A stretch of DNA of 64,000 nt from Eledone cirrhosa (taxonomy: Eukaryota): contig OZ024740.1 in NCBI GenBank assembly GCA_964016885.1, positions 24,180,001-24,244,000 on the forward strand, written 5' to 3'. Under the pieces are notes generated by a model. That model was given only the letters and a program-made list of their open reading frames with translations. It was not told where the DNA came from and made no database searches. Shown piece by piece: positions 14,843 through 29,825 of this stretch. The translations under genes and the position numbers were made by a program. The first letter of the stretch is position 1, and every line of letters begins with the position of its first letter.

Positions 14843-17800
14843 TTCCATCAGTCAACGCGATCAGTGGCATATTTTGGCGTGGAAGACTATTTATTAAATT
14901 TAAGATGAATACTATCTCCGACAGTAATGCCACAACTACAGCCAGGTTGAATAACTGGTTATTCTTTTAACTATCCCTTCTGAAGACACCTTTTATTCGA
15001 ATACGTAGAGATATCCGACTAAATACATAATTCATTTTACAAGGATTTGCTACAAACAGCATGGCTGAACACAACATCAACAAGAAAATTAAGGAAGTAT
15101 CGAAGACAAATAACAAAGAAGGTAATCAAACTTTATTCAGTTGCAGCTACAGAAGAAACCGAAATTATAAATCGCATTTCTCTTGGAGTTATGAACTTAA
15201 TAATGATTTATTTAATTGTTATAAAAAGGCAAAAAACAATCCCTCCATTGGCTATATGAATAGAATGAAGCTACACTGGGACGAAATGCACCCAGAGCTA
15301 AATTATTTCACAGCGAAACAATTACGCCAACAAGCGACGTTTGTTGAACGTAAAAATAAGATAAATATTATTAATTGTAAGTCCCCCACAACAAACATGG
15401 AATCAACAACACGTGCTACAGATCGCCATGCTACTAGACTTCCTAGCAGCCAGGTCGAACAGCGCTTTGAAACAACTATGCCTGTAAGAAACTTGACACC
15501 ACCTGTACCATCTAAGTCTACCTCGAATGCTGGGGAAAACACTATCGATAATAATAATAATCGAAGAAATAATAATAATAATCGAATAAATGTGACACCA
15601 CGTATACCATCCGAGTCTACCTCGACTGTTGTGGAAAATACTATCGATAATGATAATCAAAAGTATAAACAATTGAAAATTTCCCTCAACGAAATCTTCC
15701 AGAGAGAAATTAACTCATGTATAAATATCTCTCTGGCTGAACGTGTTAAAATGACAATGGTGAATGAAAAACCAAATAATGAAATACTACGTGTTATTGA
15801 CGAAATAGGGGATGAATATTTACGACTGATAAAAACCCCAACATTTTGGCAAATCAACGCCTGTTTATATGCCTTAGCAATGACAGTGAAGCATTATCTT
15901 GGTGATAGCAGAGATATTAACAAGAACAAAACACCACCAAAAATACCATAATATATAACTAAAATAGTAAAAAAGATTGCTGACCTACGAAAAAATAAGA
16001 ATATGTGACAATGCTCCTTACATGCAAACAAACACAAAAAAACCTCACTCCTCACCAACAAAGAGTGAAAAATAAAATAAAGACGATGTTTGGTAACAGT
16101 AGAACCAGAACTCTCCAATATAAGCTGATCGCCCTTAAACAAGAATTGAGAACTGTTAGCGAAAAACGCCGATACCTGTAGAAGGTAGATGAGAGAAAAA
16201 TGCTTAATAAAAGATTCAGACGAAACCAAACATCAGTCTATAGAGATATGAAGGGCAAAATAATAAGTGTCACTGAGGCCCCATCCCAGAAATACATAGA
16301 ATCCTTTTGGAGAAAAATATGGGGTGAAAAGAAGAATTTCAACCAAGATGCAGTGTGGCTAAGAGAAATCTGAAAGAACTATTGCTCCTACACTACAACA
16401 AAAACATACGAAATAAGTGAGGGTACCCTTGAGACTGTGATAGGAAAACTCCAAGATAAGAAAACACCAGGAAGAGACATGATTGTCAGCTACTGGTACA
16501 ATAAACTAATATTCTATCGGAGGTATCTTACTGACCTCTACCAACAAGTTCTTAAGGGAGATACACTTATACCAGAATGGTTGACATTAGCACAGACGTT
16601 ACTGGTCCCCAAGAACAAAGACACCCACTTGGCAAAAAACTACTGACCCATTGCATGCCAGAACCTGATGTATAAGAGGTATACAGCCTGTCTGAACCTA
16701 TTCCTCCAAGATCACTGTGAAAATAATAACATCATCACATATGAACAAGCAGCTGGAAAGAAAAGGGTTTGGGGATGTGCTGAACAACTCTTAATCAACA
16801 AATCTGCGATATCGGAGGTGCAACAACTTAGGAGGAATATGACTACAGTCTGGCTGGACTACAAGAAAGCTTTCGATTCTGTTCCCCACTCTTGGATGAT
16901 AGAGGCCCTCCAACTTGCTAAAGTCCCAGACATTATTGTCAGAGCCATAGAGGCTGTCTTCTTCTTGGGCTACTATCCTAAGGTTAAAGACGGAGAGGGA
17001 GGACTCTATTTTCACTGATAAAATTTAAATATTGCAGGGGTATATTTCAGGGGGACAGTCTCTCTGTGATATTGTTCCTCTTGTCATTAAACCCCTTGTC
17101 CTTTCTGCTCAAGAAATGTGAGGGATACATCATTGGCTCACAGGAGGACAGAAATACGAACCTAACCCATAACTTCTTTGTGGACGATCTGAAACTATAT
17201 GCCAAGAACATGGATTGGATGAAGAAAAGTCTTGACCTGGTTACAACGTTCTCAAAGGATATAGGAATGGAGTTTGCCCAAGATAAATGCTCATACATGA
17301 CTGTAAAGCGGGGAAAAACAACAACCCAATCTAGCAACATTGTCATCAATGGTCTAACTGTTTCACCGATATCTGATGAGGACTGCTACAGATACCTGGA
17401 GATAGATGAGAACATATCCTATAATGGTATCTGTAATAAAGAACGCGTAACCAGGGAATACTACACCCGATTAAGAAAGATCTGGTCATCGGAACTCTCT
17501 GCGCAAAACAAAACAGTGGCTCACAATGTGTTTGCTGTGCCTGTCCTAACACCAACGTTTGGAATACTCAATTGGACGATAGACGAAATCTGAGCAGTTG
17601 ATGTTGGAACTCAAAAAATACTGAACAACACCGGAAACTTCCACATCAACAGTGACATAGACCGCCTTTACTTGAAACGTAAGCAGGGAGGCAGAGTCCT
17701 AACATCAGTCCAGACAACATTTGAATGTCGCATCATATCTCTCCGACAACATCTACGAACCTCGAAGCGTAGGAGCCCGCTTCTCGAGCAAGTCTATCTG

Positions 17801-18976
17801 CATGAAACAGATAAGATCATGAGAGTTGGGAAGGAACTCCTTGAGAGATATTCCCTGTGTGATAATCAAAAACTCACACCCAGGGATGTCGCTCAGCAGT
17901 ATCGCAGTGAATCCATGGATGAAAAACTGCATGCCTATCAGCAAAAAATCATGCATGGATATGTTGCCAGGAAGCTCCAGAGTGAGAGTAATATAAATAA
18001 GGAAAGTAGTCTATCTTGGACCAACAACCGCTATATTGGCTCCCACTTTGAAGGATATGCTTTTGCAATCCAAGAACAGGAGATTAGCACGAAATACCTG
18101 ATTCACAAAAGAGATAGGGATGCAGGCAAAACACCTAGATGTGATAACAAGTGCAGACTCTGCAGAACTAACATCGAGGATATCACCCATGTCATCAGCA
18201 GCTGCCCAAAGATGTCATCGCGGTACTATCTACCTATGAGGCATGATGTAGTGGCCAAAACACTGTACAATGCAGTTCGTAAAAATGATAGCCCCGATAA
18301 TAAACACATTAAAAGCTACAACAATGTGGAAGACATCCATGTACATAATATGAAAGAGTACTGGTGGAATGTTCCAGTAAAAACCCCAATAAAATGCAGG
18401 CATAACAGACCAGATATGATGATATGGGACAGGGAGAAGAAAACATGCACAGTAGTGGAAATTAGCTGCCCAGCAGATACCAATATAATATCAAAGATTA
18501 GTGAAAAGGAGAATATTTATGCAGAACTGATGTGAAATTTGCAGATACTCCACCCTGATTACACCTTCAGATTTATGCCTGTGATTATTGTGACACTGGG
18601 ATATGTTAGTAACTGCCTCAATACAAATCTTGAGAAGCTAGGCTTCACAGGAACAGAAAGAACACAACTAGTTAGGAAACTCAAGTACAATCCATTAACG
18701 GAACAGTAAAAATATGTAAAACATTCCAAAATGTTTGCATCTAATAAACTGCATATACACATGTACAGATACAAAGCATATACACATGCACACATACAAC
18801 TCAAAACATACACATCCACACATACAATAACATCCATATCTACACATGCATGCATACATACATATCTACCTAGTTGATGTTGTGTAAATTCCAATGAGAG
18901 AGTCTTGTGTCTATGTTAGAAACCGACTCTCTCTCTATTGGTAAAACTTTGTGAAATTATAAAACCAGAAGAACAA
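14843..18976 (+). mobile_element. Decayed R4/Dong-clade non-LTR retrotransposon (RT plus restriction-like endonuclease) embedded in (TACA)n
   Basis: RT motifs KTPGRD, VWLDYKKAFDSVPHSW, GIFQGDSLS, FFVDDLKLYAK; CCHC finger CRLCRTNIEDITHVISSC; RHD; RLE motif RPDMMIWD..VEISCP. (TACA)n on both flanks. Confidence 0.92.
15061..18735 (+). pseudogene. Disrupted single ORF of the R4/Dong element (N-terminal domain, RT, Zn finger, PD-(D/E)xK endonuclease)
   Basis: Fragments 15061-15951, 16437-16646, 16668-17018, 17066-17593 and 17672-18535 are separated by stops and frameshifts, with an apparent deletion near 16955-17020. Confidence 0.88.
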
Positions 18977-19031
18977 ACATACATAAATACATACATACAT
19001 GTATACATTAATACATCCATACATAAATACA

Positions 19032-19637
19032 TGGTCGCTGCCAACTCGTTTTCGAGTACGGCCATTACTTTATATCCATGTAGGATAACTCCTACCGATG
19101 CGCTGAACGAGTGACTTTTTAGTCCAGCCAGCTACCTAAAAATTCTGGTACAAACACTACACTTGTGACAATTATTGACACATTGTGCTGGGCACTTGGT
19201 ACCATGTGACGACAATTGCAGAGAGATCTCCAGATATATAGCAATGCATATGCCGTGAAGCTTTTATAGTGAGTAAAGGCACTGCACAAAGCCAGTCCCA
19301 CTCTTTTAACCAAGATGATATTTACCAAAAAGAAGAACAAGTCAACATCATTGGATACCATCAGGGTTGCAGGTGTTATATCAGAGTTTTCCTTCTCCTA
19401 GAATTCTGCTTTGACAAAGGCTAAGGGGTCATCTCTCCCGGTGATTGTGGATGGCCATTTACTCTCTAAGAGCTCCTTTGCCCTTTGACAGGTTTTGTTT
19501 TTAGTCCTGCAGGATGTCCAAAGTCACCCTCCTCACCAAGAAACCTTGGTGGCGTTGCCAGTTTAGTCGCCAACGACCCGACCATAGCATGGGTTGTACT
19601 GGAATACACGTTACCAGTAGCACCAACTGGTGACCTG
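19032..19637 (-). mobile_element. Non-autonomous bipartite RTE-derived retroelement, copy 2
   Basis: Collinear with 14062-14660, same 5' end (CAGGTCACCAG) and 3' end, flanked by TACA/TA repeats. Confidence 0.75.
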
Positions 19638-19948
19638 ACATATATATACATACATATATATATATACATACATATATACATACATACATACACATACATA
19701 CATACATATATATACATGCATATATATATACATACATATACATATACATACGTATACATATATATATATATACATATACATACATATATATATACATACA
19801 TATATACGTATATATGTCCAAACCCATGCAAGCGTGGAACATGGACGTACGTACATACATACATACATACATACATACATACATACATACATACATACAT
19901 ACATACATACATACATACATACATACATACATACATACATACATACAC

Positions 19949-20180
19949 ATGGAGGGTCTGTGGTTTTTCTCACATGTGATGTCAGAAAAACCACAGACCC
20001 TCCATCTCAAATCACCTTTTGAAAAGCAGAACTGCGAAACCGGTAAAGGAACCAAATAAATATATATATTTAAAAAAAAAATAGGACTCCAGTTGCATTT
20101 TCGATTTCATCTCTATTTCTTTATACTTTCACTCGTGTAGGACACCTCGGTTATTTTTCATTTTGTAAAAAAACCCTCAC

Positions 20181-20187
<7 letters not shown>
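19949..20187 (+). mobile_element. PLE-like family C 3' terminal repeat with short inverted 5' segment
   Basis: atggagggtctgtggtttttct...agaaaaaccacagaccctccat fold-back, then HHR, ending cctcactttctaa+(TA)n. Five further copies in the window. Confidence 0.75.
20015..20049 (+). ncRNA. Minimal type I hammerhead ribozyme, U3:A8 variant (family C)
   Basis: CCUU-UUGAAAA-GCA(GAAC)UGC-GAAA-CCGG-UA-AAGG: stem I CCUU/AAGG, palindromic stem III, GUA site. Confidence 0.7.
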
Positions 20188-20212
<25 letters not shown>

Positions 20213-20237
20213 TGAGAGAGAGATTATATATATATAC

Positions 20238-20377
<140 letters not shown>

Positions 20378-20529
20378 CCCAGTGAAAAATACTTTAATTA
20401 AGAATAAGTATAAATTAGTAATAAGTATTAGTTAGTATTCAGTTTTAGTTTAAAGTTTTTACCGGTTGCGCATTTCTTATGCTGTTCAAAAATAATTTTG
20501 AAATAGAGTGTTTGTGATTTTTGTTCTAA

Positions 20530-20581
<52 letters not shown>

Positions 20582-20669
20582 GGAAAAATTTGAACAGGGA
20601 CAAAACAGAGAGGCAGTACAACGAATGTTTATTAATTTCACGCTCTGGAGAGTGGGGTTTTGGTGGGGG

Positions 20670-20703
20670 ACGACGTTTCGGGCATAAGCCCTTCCTCAGG
20701 TGA
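20670..20703 (-). ncRNA. PLE-type minimal hammerhead-like motif (family A)
   Basis: AC-CUGAGGA-A-GGGC(UUAU)GCCC-GAAAC-GUC-GU: core and stem II perfect, stem I only ~2 bp. Confidence 0.55.
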
Positions 20704-22193
20704 GAAGTGTGTGGGAACAGAGTTCAAAGGGTGTGTAGGGGAGTGGTGGAGAGACATATAGCGAAAAGAAACGGTGCGAATGAAAAAATAAAAAATAAAG
20801 ATAAAAATAAAAATAAAGCATGATCAAAATACAAGGAATGAGATAAATTTAAATGTAAAGGCATGATCAAAATAAACTGAAATTAAAAGGGGGGTAAAAC
20901 AGGTGGTGGAAGGGTGTGGGGTGTGTAGGGGTGGTGGCGGGTGGAGTGGGGAGAGGAAGACGGGGTGTCCGAGCGGGGAGGGCTGAAGGTGGTGTGTGTG
21001 TGTAGGTGTACGTGTGTGTGTGTGTGTGTGTATGTGAAAGTAAGGCTTGGGGGAAGAACGGGGTTGCATTTTCAGGGAGAGGTGTGTGGGGAGGGTCGGA
21101 GTGTCTGTGCGTGTGTGGGTAGAGGGGGGGGAAATCAGGAGGCTGAGGGTGTAAATATGTGGTGGAAACCACGTGTGTGTGGGGTTTAAGCGTGTTGTGG
21201 GTGTAGGTGGCTTGTGGAGAAAAAATTTTTTGGGGAGTGTGTGTGTGGGTGAGTTATATAGGTGATTACGTAAGAGGATGGTTGAAAAGTTGGTAAAATC
21301 CGAAGGTGTTTAGTGGATTCTGTGGTGGTCAATTTCTGCGTGCGATAATTCCATGAAGCGATGGTCGGAAGAGGAGAGATGTGGGGTGCGCGCGCAACAG
21401 GAAGTGGTCAAGCAGTGGGAGTGCTGTGTGTCTGTTTGTGCTGGGAGGTGGTCAGAAGGCATAGCAGCAGTCGGTGGAATGGTAAAGGGGCGAGGATGGG
21501 TAGGTGTGAAAGTTGGAGTGAGGAGGGTGTGTGTGTGTGTATTAGTAGAGGTGTTAGTGGGATGAGTGAGTGTGGAGCGAGGGTGTGGGTGGAGCGGGGA
21601 GAGAAGGGTGTGTGTGTGGTTCTATGGAGGGAGTGTGGTGTACTGGTGTGTGTGTAGTTTGATGAAGGGGTGTTAGTGGGTGTTAGTATATGGGAGGTGG
21701 GGAGGGGTTGAATGCAGGTGTGAGTGGGGGTTAGTGGTGGTAGGGTGTGTAGAGTTGTTGGTGTACGAGGGTGTGTGGGTACGTGTGCGTGGGGTTGGGG
21801 GTGTTAGTGATGTTAGTTGCGTGTGGGGTGGGTGGTGTAAGTGGGTGCGTGTGTTCGTGTGCTTGGGGTTAGGGGGTGTTAGTGAGGTTAGTTGCGGGGT
21901 GGTGGGATGGAGGTGTGGGGGTGAGAGGTGTGTGGTGAGGGTTAGTGGTGGTAGTAGGCTGTGTGTTTAGTGTGAGCGCGTGTATATATGTGCCGGTGTG
22001 TGTGTGCGTGTGATAATGAGGGGGGAGGAGGAGAAGAAGGGAGGGATGTTAGTATGTTAGTTGGGGAAGGGTGGTCAGATGAGGGGTGGAGTGGAGGTGT
22101 TAGTATTGTTAGTTGTGAGTTGGGCGGTGAAAAGGAGGGGTGTGTTAGTGGTGTTAGTGGGGTATAAGTGTGGGGGAGGGGGGCGGTCGAAGG

Positions 22194-22400
22194 CTAAAGG
22201 AATAAGGGTGGGGAGTTCAGGCCGGGGGGAGTGTGGGTCTGTAAGATGAAGATAGTTCGTTGTTCGACCCTAAGGTTATTGGCGGGTGTTCCGTGGCACT
22301 GGAGTAGGCCACAGACTGTGAGATGGCATGCGGAATGTCCAGGGCCACCAAAGTGGCGGGCGATGGGGGAACTACCCCCGAGACGAATATCCCGGAGGTG

Positions 22401-22403
<3 letters not shown>
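22194..22403 (-). pseudogene. C-terminal part of PLE GIY-YIG endonuclease (open frame, no start, missed by the ORF track)
   Basis: Hand translation [69 protein letters not shown] shows the EH..., ARHF...H, EQ..I..L.T..P.GLN motifs. Confidence 0.85.
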
Positions 22404-22446
<43 letters not shown>

Positions 22447-22505
22447 TTCTATACCTTTCATTTATATATATATAAATATATAAATATATACATATATATA
22501 TATAT

Positions 22506-22593
<88 letters not shown>

Positions 22594-22597
<4 letters not shown>

Positions 22598-22845
22598 GTA
22601 GTAAGACAACAGTTAGTTCACCATACCGAAAACAATTGTTTCCCCTTATCGGATCTTCAGCTCGGACTGGTCATGGTTATACGGGTGACATACAACCATG
22701 ACCAGTCCGAGGTGAAGATCCACATAAGGTGAAATAATTGTTCTCGGTATGCTGAACTAACTGTTATTTTACTACTTCTACCAAACTCGTCCCATGGACT
22801 GAGTGCTCTACCACTACGAATATTACCTTCCAGTGTTCTACCTTT
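22594..22845 (+). mobile_element. PLE-like family B fold-back insertion (arms 22594-22682/22691-22780 plus ~65 nt tail)
   Basis: Inverted repeat read directly. Same family at 48740-48806 (+) and 59576-59712 (-). Confidence 0.75.
22626..22665 (-). ncRNA. Type I hammerhead-like motif (family B); mutated mirror copy at 22707-22747 (+)
   Basis: CCGAG-CUGAAGA-UCC(GAUAA)GGG-GAA-ACAAUUGU-U-UUCGG with palindromic stem III and GUU site. Confidence 0.6.
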
Positions 22846-22848
22846 CTA

Positions 22849-22984
<136 letters not shown>

Positions 22985-23045
22985 ATGTATATATATATAT
23001 ATAAATACACAATTGAAGAAAGCTAATAGCTAATTTACATAAGCG

Positions 23046-23101
23046 TTAACCTAATATATTCCTTCCATATACTGTACCGATTGTGTTGTTATTTCTGTTT
23101 A
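23046..23101 (+). mobile_element. Fragment of PLE-like family J 3' end
   Basis: ttaacctaatatattccttccatatactgtaccgattgtgttgttatttctgtttac is the reverse complement of ~36722-36779. Confidence 0.65.
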
Positions 23102-23200
23102 CTGCATTACTGGTACTTTATTTTATCGATCCCGTAAGGATGAAACGCAAAGTTAACCTTGGCGGGATTTGAACTTGTATCTTACATGAGTAAAACCGAA
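23101..23200 (-). mobile_element. tRNA-derived SINE fragment
   Basis: tgcattactggtactttattttatcgatcccgtaaggatgaaacgcaaagttaaccttggcgggatttgaac (Pol III B-box GTTCAAATCC on the minus strand). Confidence 0.8.
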
Positions 23201-23403
23201 GTTGCAACTGCACTATAGCAGATGTCGATCTATTCATAAGAGGCAGTCACGCAACACTCAATCAATTAGGAATTGATATATTTCCACCGAAAGCGAAGAG
23301 AAAAAACTAAAGAATTATTACACCAAGTATAAGGCGACCAGAAGCATGTAACTAAAATAATACAACATCGATAAAATATATATATACACACACACACACA
23401 CAT

Positions 23404-23465
<62 letters not shown>

Positions 23466-24269
23466 CCTTGTGTTTGTGATTTTATTATTTCCAGGTGGAG
23501 GGAGGGTGAGAGTGTAATGAAATATTAATGAAGCCGTACATGTGCTGAAGGATTTTGTGTATCTGGTCAGAGCAGATGTTAGTATCAATTGTGTGCTCGA
23601 AAGATAAATTTACTTTGAATTTTCTCTCTCTTTTACTCTCTATCTTTCCCCGCTTTCTCTTCCTCTCTTTCCTTTATTTCTATATCTGAGTGTACATGGT
23701 ACATATTTACAAGTAGACTGATTTTATCACACACCTCCGTCAATCACTAAATGGAAAAATACCTTTAGAATGTCGAATGAAATAACTTACCGGTTTGTGA
23801 AAACCGCACGACTTCTCTCCCGTTAGCCATAGAGGTCCTTAAATTATCTAGGTGTACCTACTTTCCTTCCTTAACTAAACATATATATATAAAGTTACTC
23901 CAATTGGTTTGTTGCCTATATAACGCTAGGCATTCAGCTTCTATTAGATTTGTGTTTTATTTACAGGTGGGTGGAGTGATTTGAACTCCAGACCAGAACT
24001 TTTCTCGAGTTACATAATTGCAGCTGTTATGATGATAAATGTTTAATGTGTGTTAAGTGTTAAAATGTAATATTTCAAGAGAAAACTGTTCATAGTTAGA
24101 AATCCATTAGGGAAGCCAGATTGGTGCCTGCAGGCGTTTAATTATTGTAATGTGAGAGAATTGATGCATCACCGCCACTACCACCACCTCCGCCGGGGAG
24201 GGGAAGACGTGATCAACGAATAAAAGTTGACAGCCAAATATGGATGGAATCACTGCTATAAAAACAACA

Positions 24270-25002
24270 ACAACAATAAGACCTACAACGAAAGCAACAA
24301 CAACAGCAACAACAAGGGGATAAGGTGGAAAGGAAAGAAAGACCAAGTTACAGTTGTGAGAACAACAGTTACAAGATCAACATCAACACACGCCACAGCT
24401 GCAAGTCAAATATAACTTATTATTGTTACAATAACGTCAAATACAACATCAACAATAGCTAGAACACCACCACCACTACCACCAACACTACCACAAACAA
24501 CAACAGCAATACCACCACAACCACCACCACCAACACTACCACCACCACCACCAACACTACAAACCACCACCACCACCACCACCACTACCACAAAACCCAC
24601 CACATATAACAACAACACCACCACAACCACCAACACAACCACAACACCACCACCAGCACCACCACCACCACAACTAGAATCAGCCCCATCACCTTCACTA
24701 TCACCACTACCATCACCATCACCATTGCCATCACTATTACCATCAGCATCACCAGCACCAGCACCAGCACCACTAACACCACCATCAAAACCACCACTAG
24801 CACCACTATCAACACCACCACCAACACCAAAAACCACCACCACCACCAACAACAACAACACCACCACTAGCACCTCCAACAACAACAGCACCAGCACCAC
24901 CACCACAACCACAACACCAGCACCGCTCCACCACCAGCAGCACCACCCACACCACCACCACTACCACCACCACCACCACCACCACTACCACCACCACCAC
25001 CA
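24270..25002 (+). repeat. Mosaic (AAC)/(ACC)/(ATC) trinucleotide low-complexity tract
   Basis: Direct reading. The poly-H/T/G ORFs are artefacts. Confidence 0.85.
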
Positions 25003-25209
25003 TGCTATTCTTGCGCTTGTTAGAAACAATAGCCATATTTCTCTCAAATAACCTTTTAGCGCCTAGAATAAAAACAAACACTTTTTAACCCAATCTTCAT
25101 AGATACTCCATAAAAGACAAGAGGATCATGGCTGGAGCGCCTGTGATCACGGGACTTTTTATTAAGAAATGACACAGATAACATCAACAGCGCAAATAAT
25201 TATATTAAC

Positions 25210-25380
25210 AATGATTTCTGGTTTAGGCACAAGGGCAACAATTAGGGGAAAAAGAAATGTTGATTAAACGACCCCAGTACATTACTGGTACTTATCAATC
25301 CCGTAAGGATGAAAGACAAAATTAACTTCTGCGCGATTTGAACTCAGAATGTAAAGGGACGTAACTATATGTCACAAAGC
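25210..25380 (-). mobile_element. tRNA-derived SINE
   Basis: tttctggtttaggcacaagg...accccagtacattactggtac...gatttgaactcagaatgtaaaggg. Confidence 0.8.
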
Positions 25381-25654
25381 CATAATCACATTAGTAATAG
25401 AAGATCTTACACCAGAACCAATGTGTAAGCCTCTATGTGATCCCATTTCCTTCAATACATTCCCTACATTTTAAAAGAGGAATTGTTTTATGTATTTGAT
25501 ATTGTAGTCCTACTTACACTGTGTTAAAAGGAACACTCTGAACCATTATTGCTGGCACGTCTACGAATATAGGTAGGATTGACCAGGGATGAGATAGGGA
25601 AACTCTCATTTAAGTTATGCATTTTAACCTTCATTACCCTAATAATATCCATGG

Positions 25655-27471
<1,817 letters not shown>

Positions 27472-28621
27472 CTTGGTATGTTTATATACATTTTTCTTCT
27501 AACCTTAATTTTATACCTAATTGTGTATGGTTGACGATATATTTAATCGATTTCCACGTGCTATTGAAATGTTGGGTAAATATTCTATAGCTGTTGATCG
27601 CGATTAGATGGCTGTCGTTTATTTATCTATCATTTCTTCATAGGTGCCTTTTAATCTTATAGCCTGGTCTAATTGGTTTTTTGTGTGGTTGATTATGCAG
27701 ATTGAGAGAGGAGTGGTGTATATATATTATCAAATGATTCTATGGACATACCTTATTGTATATATATAAATATATATATATATAAATGTAATCTGAGTTT
27801 TTCTAATAATAATAATATTCGATTCGTTTGCAATTATTCAAACAAGCCTCATTTTTACAGCGATGTCAGTAGAATGAGCCCCTCATTGTTGCTCTTATGT
27901 TGGTATGTAAACAGAACTGCAGACACTAATGTTTCTGTGTATTACCCTTCATCAGTACTGGTTAAAATTCATGTGTGATTACAAATAAATACATATGTAA
28001 GAGTTGATCTTCTCCCTCTTTCACTCACTGCGTCTGTCTCTCTCACTCTCTCTTTCACTCACTGCCTCCGTCTCTCTCTCTTTATATCACTCACTGCCTC
28101 TGTCTCTCTCACTCTCCCCCTTCACTATAACCTTCATCCTTTAAGATGAAATGTTTAAATATATGATTTACACTTCGTTTCAATCACTTAGGTATCTCGT
28201 CGTTATCTTATTCTAGGATGTGTGAAAAGTACTAAATTAAAATGGAACAGGCACTATTCATCTTATTTTAAATAATAGGTAATAAGCCATAGGAATATAT
28301 CCATTATGCAACAAACTTTACAACCTGTAATGTCTTCCTTCTGCCTATTATTTTATATCAGTTCTCGTTGAAATAGAGACTTTGAAACTGAACATCATCT
28401 ATACAGGGACGGTCTTTTAGTGAAACCATCAACATCGATTTTTTTCTAGTAAGACTTTGAAATATGATGGATACTAACATTCCCTTACCATATCATACAT
28501 AACCTTCTGACAGGAACTGGAAATGAGATGGCCATTAACTATCCCTTTGTGAAAATATCATGCACTTCTATCACAATCTTGAGAAAGAACCTTGAAATGT
28601 GATGGTCACAATCCGTTAGCT

Positions 28622-28762
28622 TTCTGGAAACAACACCACTATCGATCACACGATCAACCCCTTCCCTTCTGGAAACAACACCGCTATCGATCACACGATC
28701 GAACCCTACCCTTCTGAAAACAACACCGCTATCGATCACACGATCAACCCCTTCCCTTCTGA
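28622..28762 (+). repeat. 45-bp tandem repeat x3
   Basis: ttctggaaacaacacc(a/g)ctatcgatcacacgatc(a/g)acccc... at 28622, 28667, 28712. Confidence 0.9.
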
Positions 28763-28947
28763 CAACATGAAAGCTAACAAAAAAAGTATGCGTTTTATAT
28801 CATGAATTTTAAGATATCACACCCAGTAATGACATGTTGGTCGCAAATAGGACACAGTTCAAAGCAACTATTGATTCAATATCCAAGGTGCTACACATGT
28901 GATGAAGTTGAAAGGTGAGGGGAAATGTATGACAGCAAAACAAACAG

Positions 28948-29825
28948 AAAGGTAGGATTATAAGATTAGTAACAAGGTAGGATTATAAGATTAGTAAAAA
29001 GCTAGGATTATAAGATTAGTAACACGGTAGGATTATAAGATTAGTAACAAGGTAGGATTATAAAATTAGTAACAAGGTAGGATTATAAGGTTAGTGAAAA
29101 GGTAGGATTATAAGATTAGTAAAAAGGTAGGATTATAAGATTAGTAAAAAGGTAGGATTATAAGATTAGTAAAAAGGTAAAATTATAAGATTAGTAAAAA
29201 GGTAAAATTATAAGATTAGTAAAAAGGTAGGATTATAAGATTAGTAAAAAGGTAGGATTATAAGATTAGTAAAAAGGTAGGATTATAAGGTTAGTGAAAA
29301 GGTAGGATTATAAGATTAGTAAAAAGGTAGGATTATAAGATTAGTAAAAGGGTAGGATTATAAGATTAGTAAAAAGATAGGATTATAAAATTAGTAAAAA
29401 AGGTAGGATTATAAGATTAGTAACAAGGTAGGATTATAAGATTAGTAAAAAGCTAGGATTATAAGGTTAGTAAAAAGGTAGGATAATAAGATTAGTAACA
29501 AGGTAGGATTATAAGATTAGTAAAAAGGTAGGATTATAAGATTAGTAACAAGGTAGGATTATAAGATTAGTAAAAAGGTAGGATTATAAGATTAGTAAAA
29601 AGGTAGGATTATAAGATTAGTAATAAGGTAGGATTATAAGATTAGTAAAAAGATAGGATTATAAAATTAGTAAAAAAGGTAGGATTATAAGATTAGTAAA
29701 AAGCTAGGATTATAAGGTTAGTAAAAAGGTAGGATAATAAGATTAGTAACAAGGTAGGATTATAAGATTAGTAAAAAGGTAGGATTATAAGATTAGTAAC
29801 AAGGTAGGATTATAAGATTAGTAAT
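28948..29825 (+). repeat. 25-bp minisatellite GGTAGGATTATAAGATTAGTAAAAA, ~35 copies
   Basis: Direct reading, period 25. Confidence 0.97.

Larger units (their letters stand above)
20580..22403 (-). mobile_element. Penelope-like element family A, 5'-truncated copy 1 (GIY-YIG C-terminus, ~1.6 kb C/A-rich 3' region, HHR-like motif, AATAAA), inserted in (TA)n
   Basis: Near-identical to 33597-35281, GIY-YIG frame at 22194-22403, (TA)n on both sides. Confidence 0.88.

Noticed and set aside
21660-22160. GTTAG/TTAGGG words as an interstitial telomere
   Set aside because: Scattered, not tandem, and part of the family A element present in both copies
27921-27960. CUGAUGA...GAAAC motif on the minus strand
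   Set aside because: Stems I and II do not pair convincingly; at most a decayed PLE HHR
28948-29825. 25-bp array as CRISPR
   Set aside because: Contiguous repeats with no unique spacers, no cas genes, eukaryotic context
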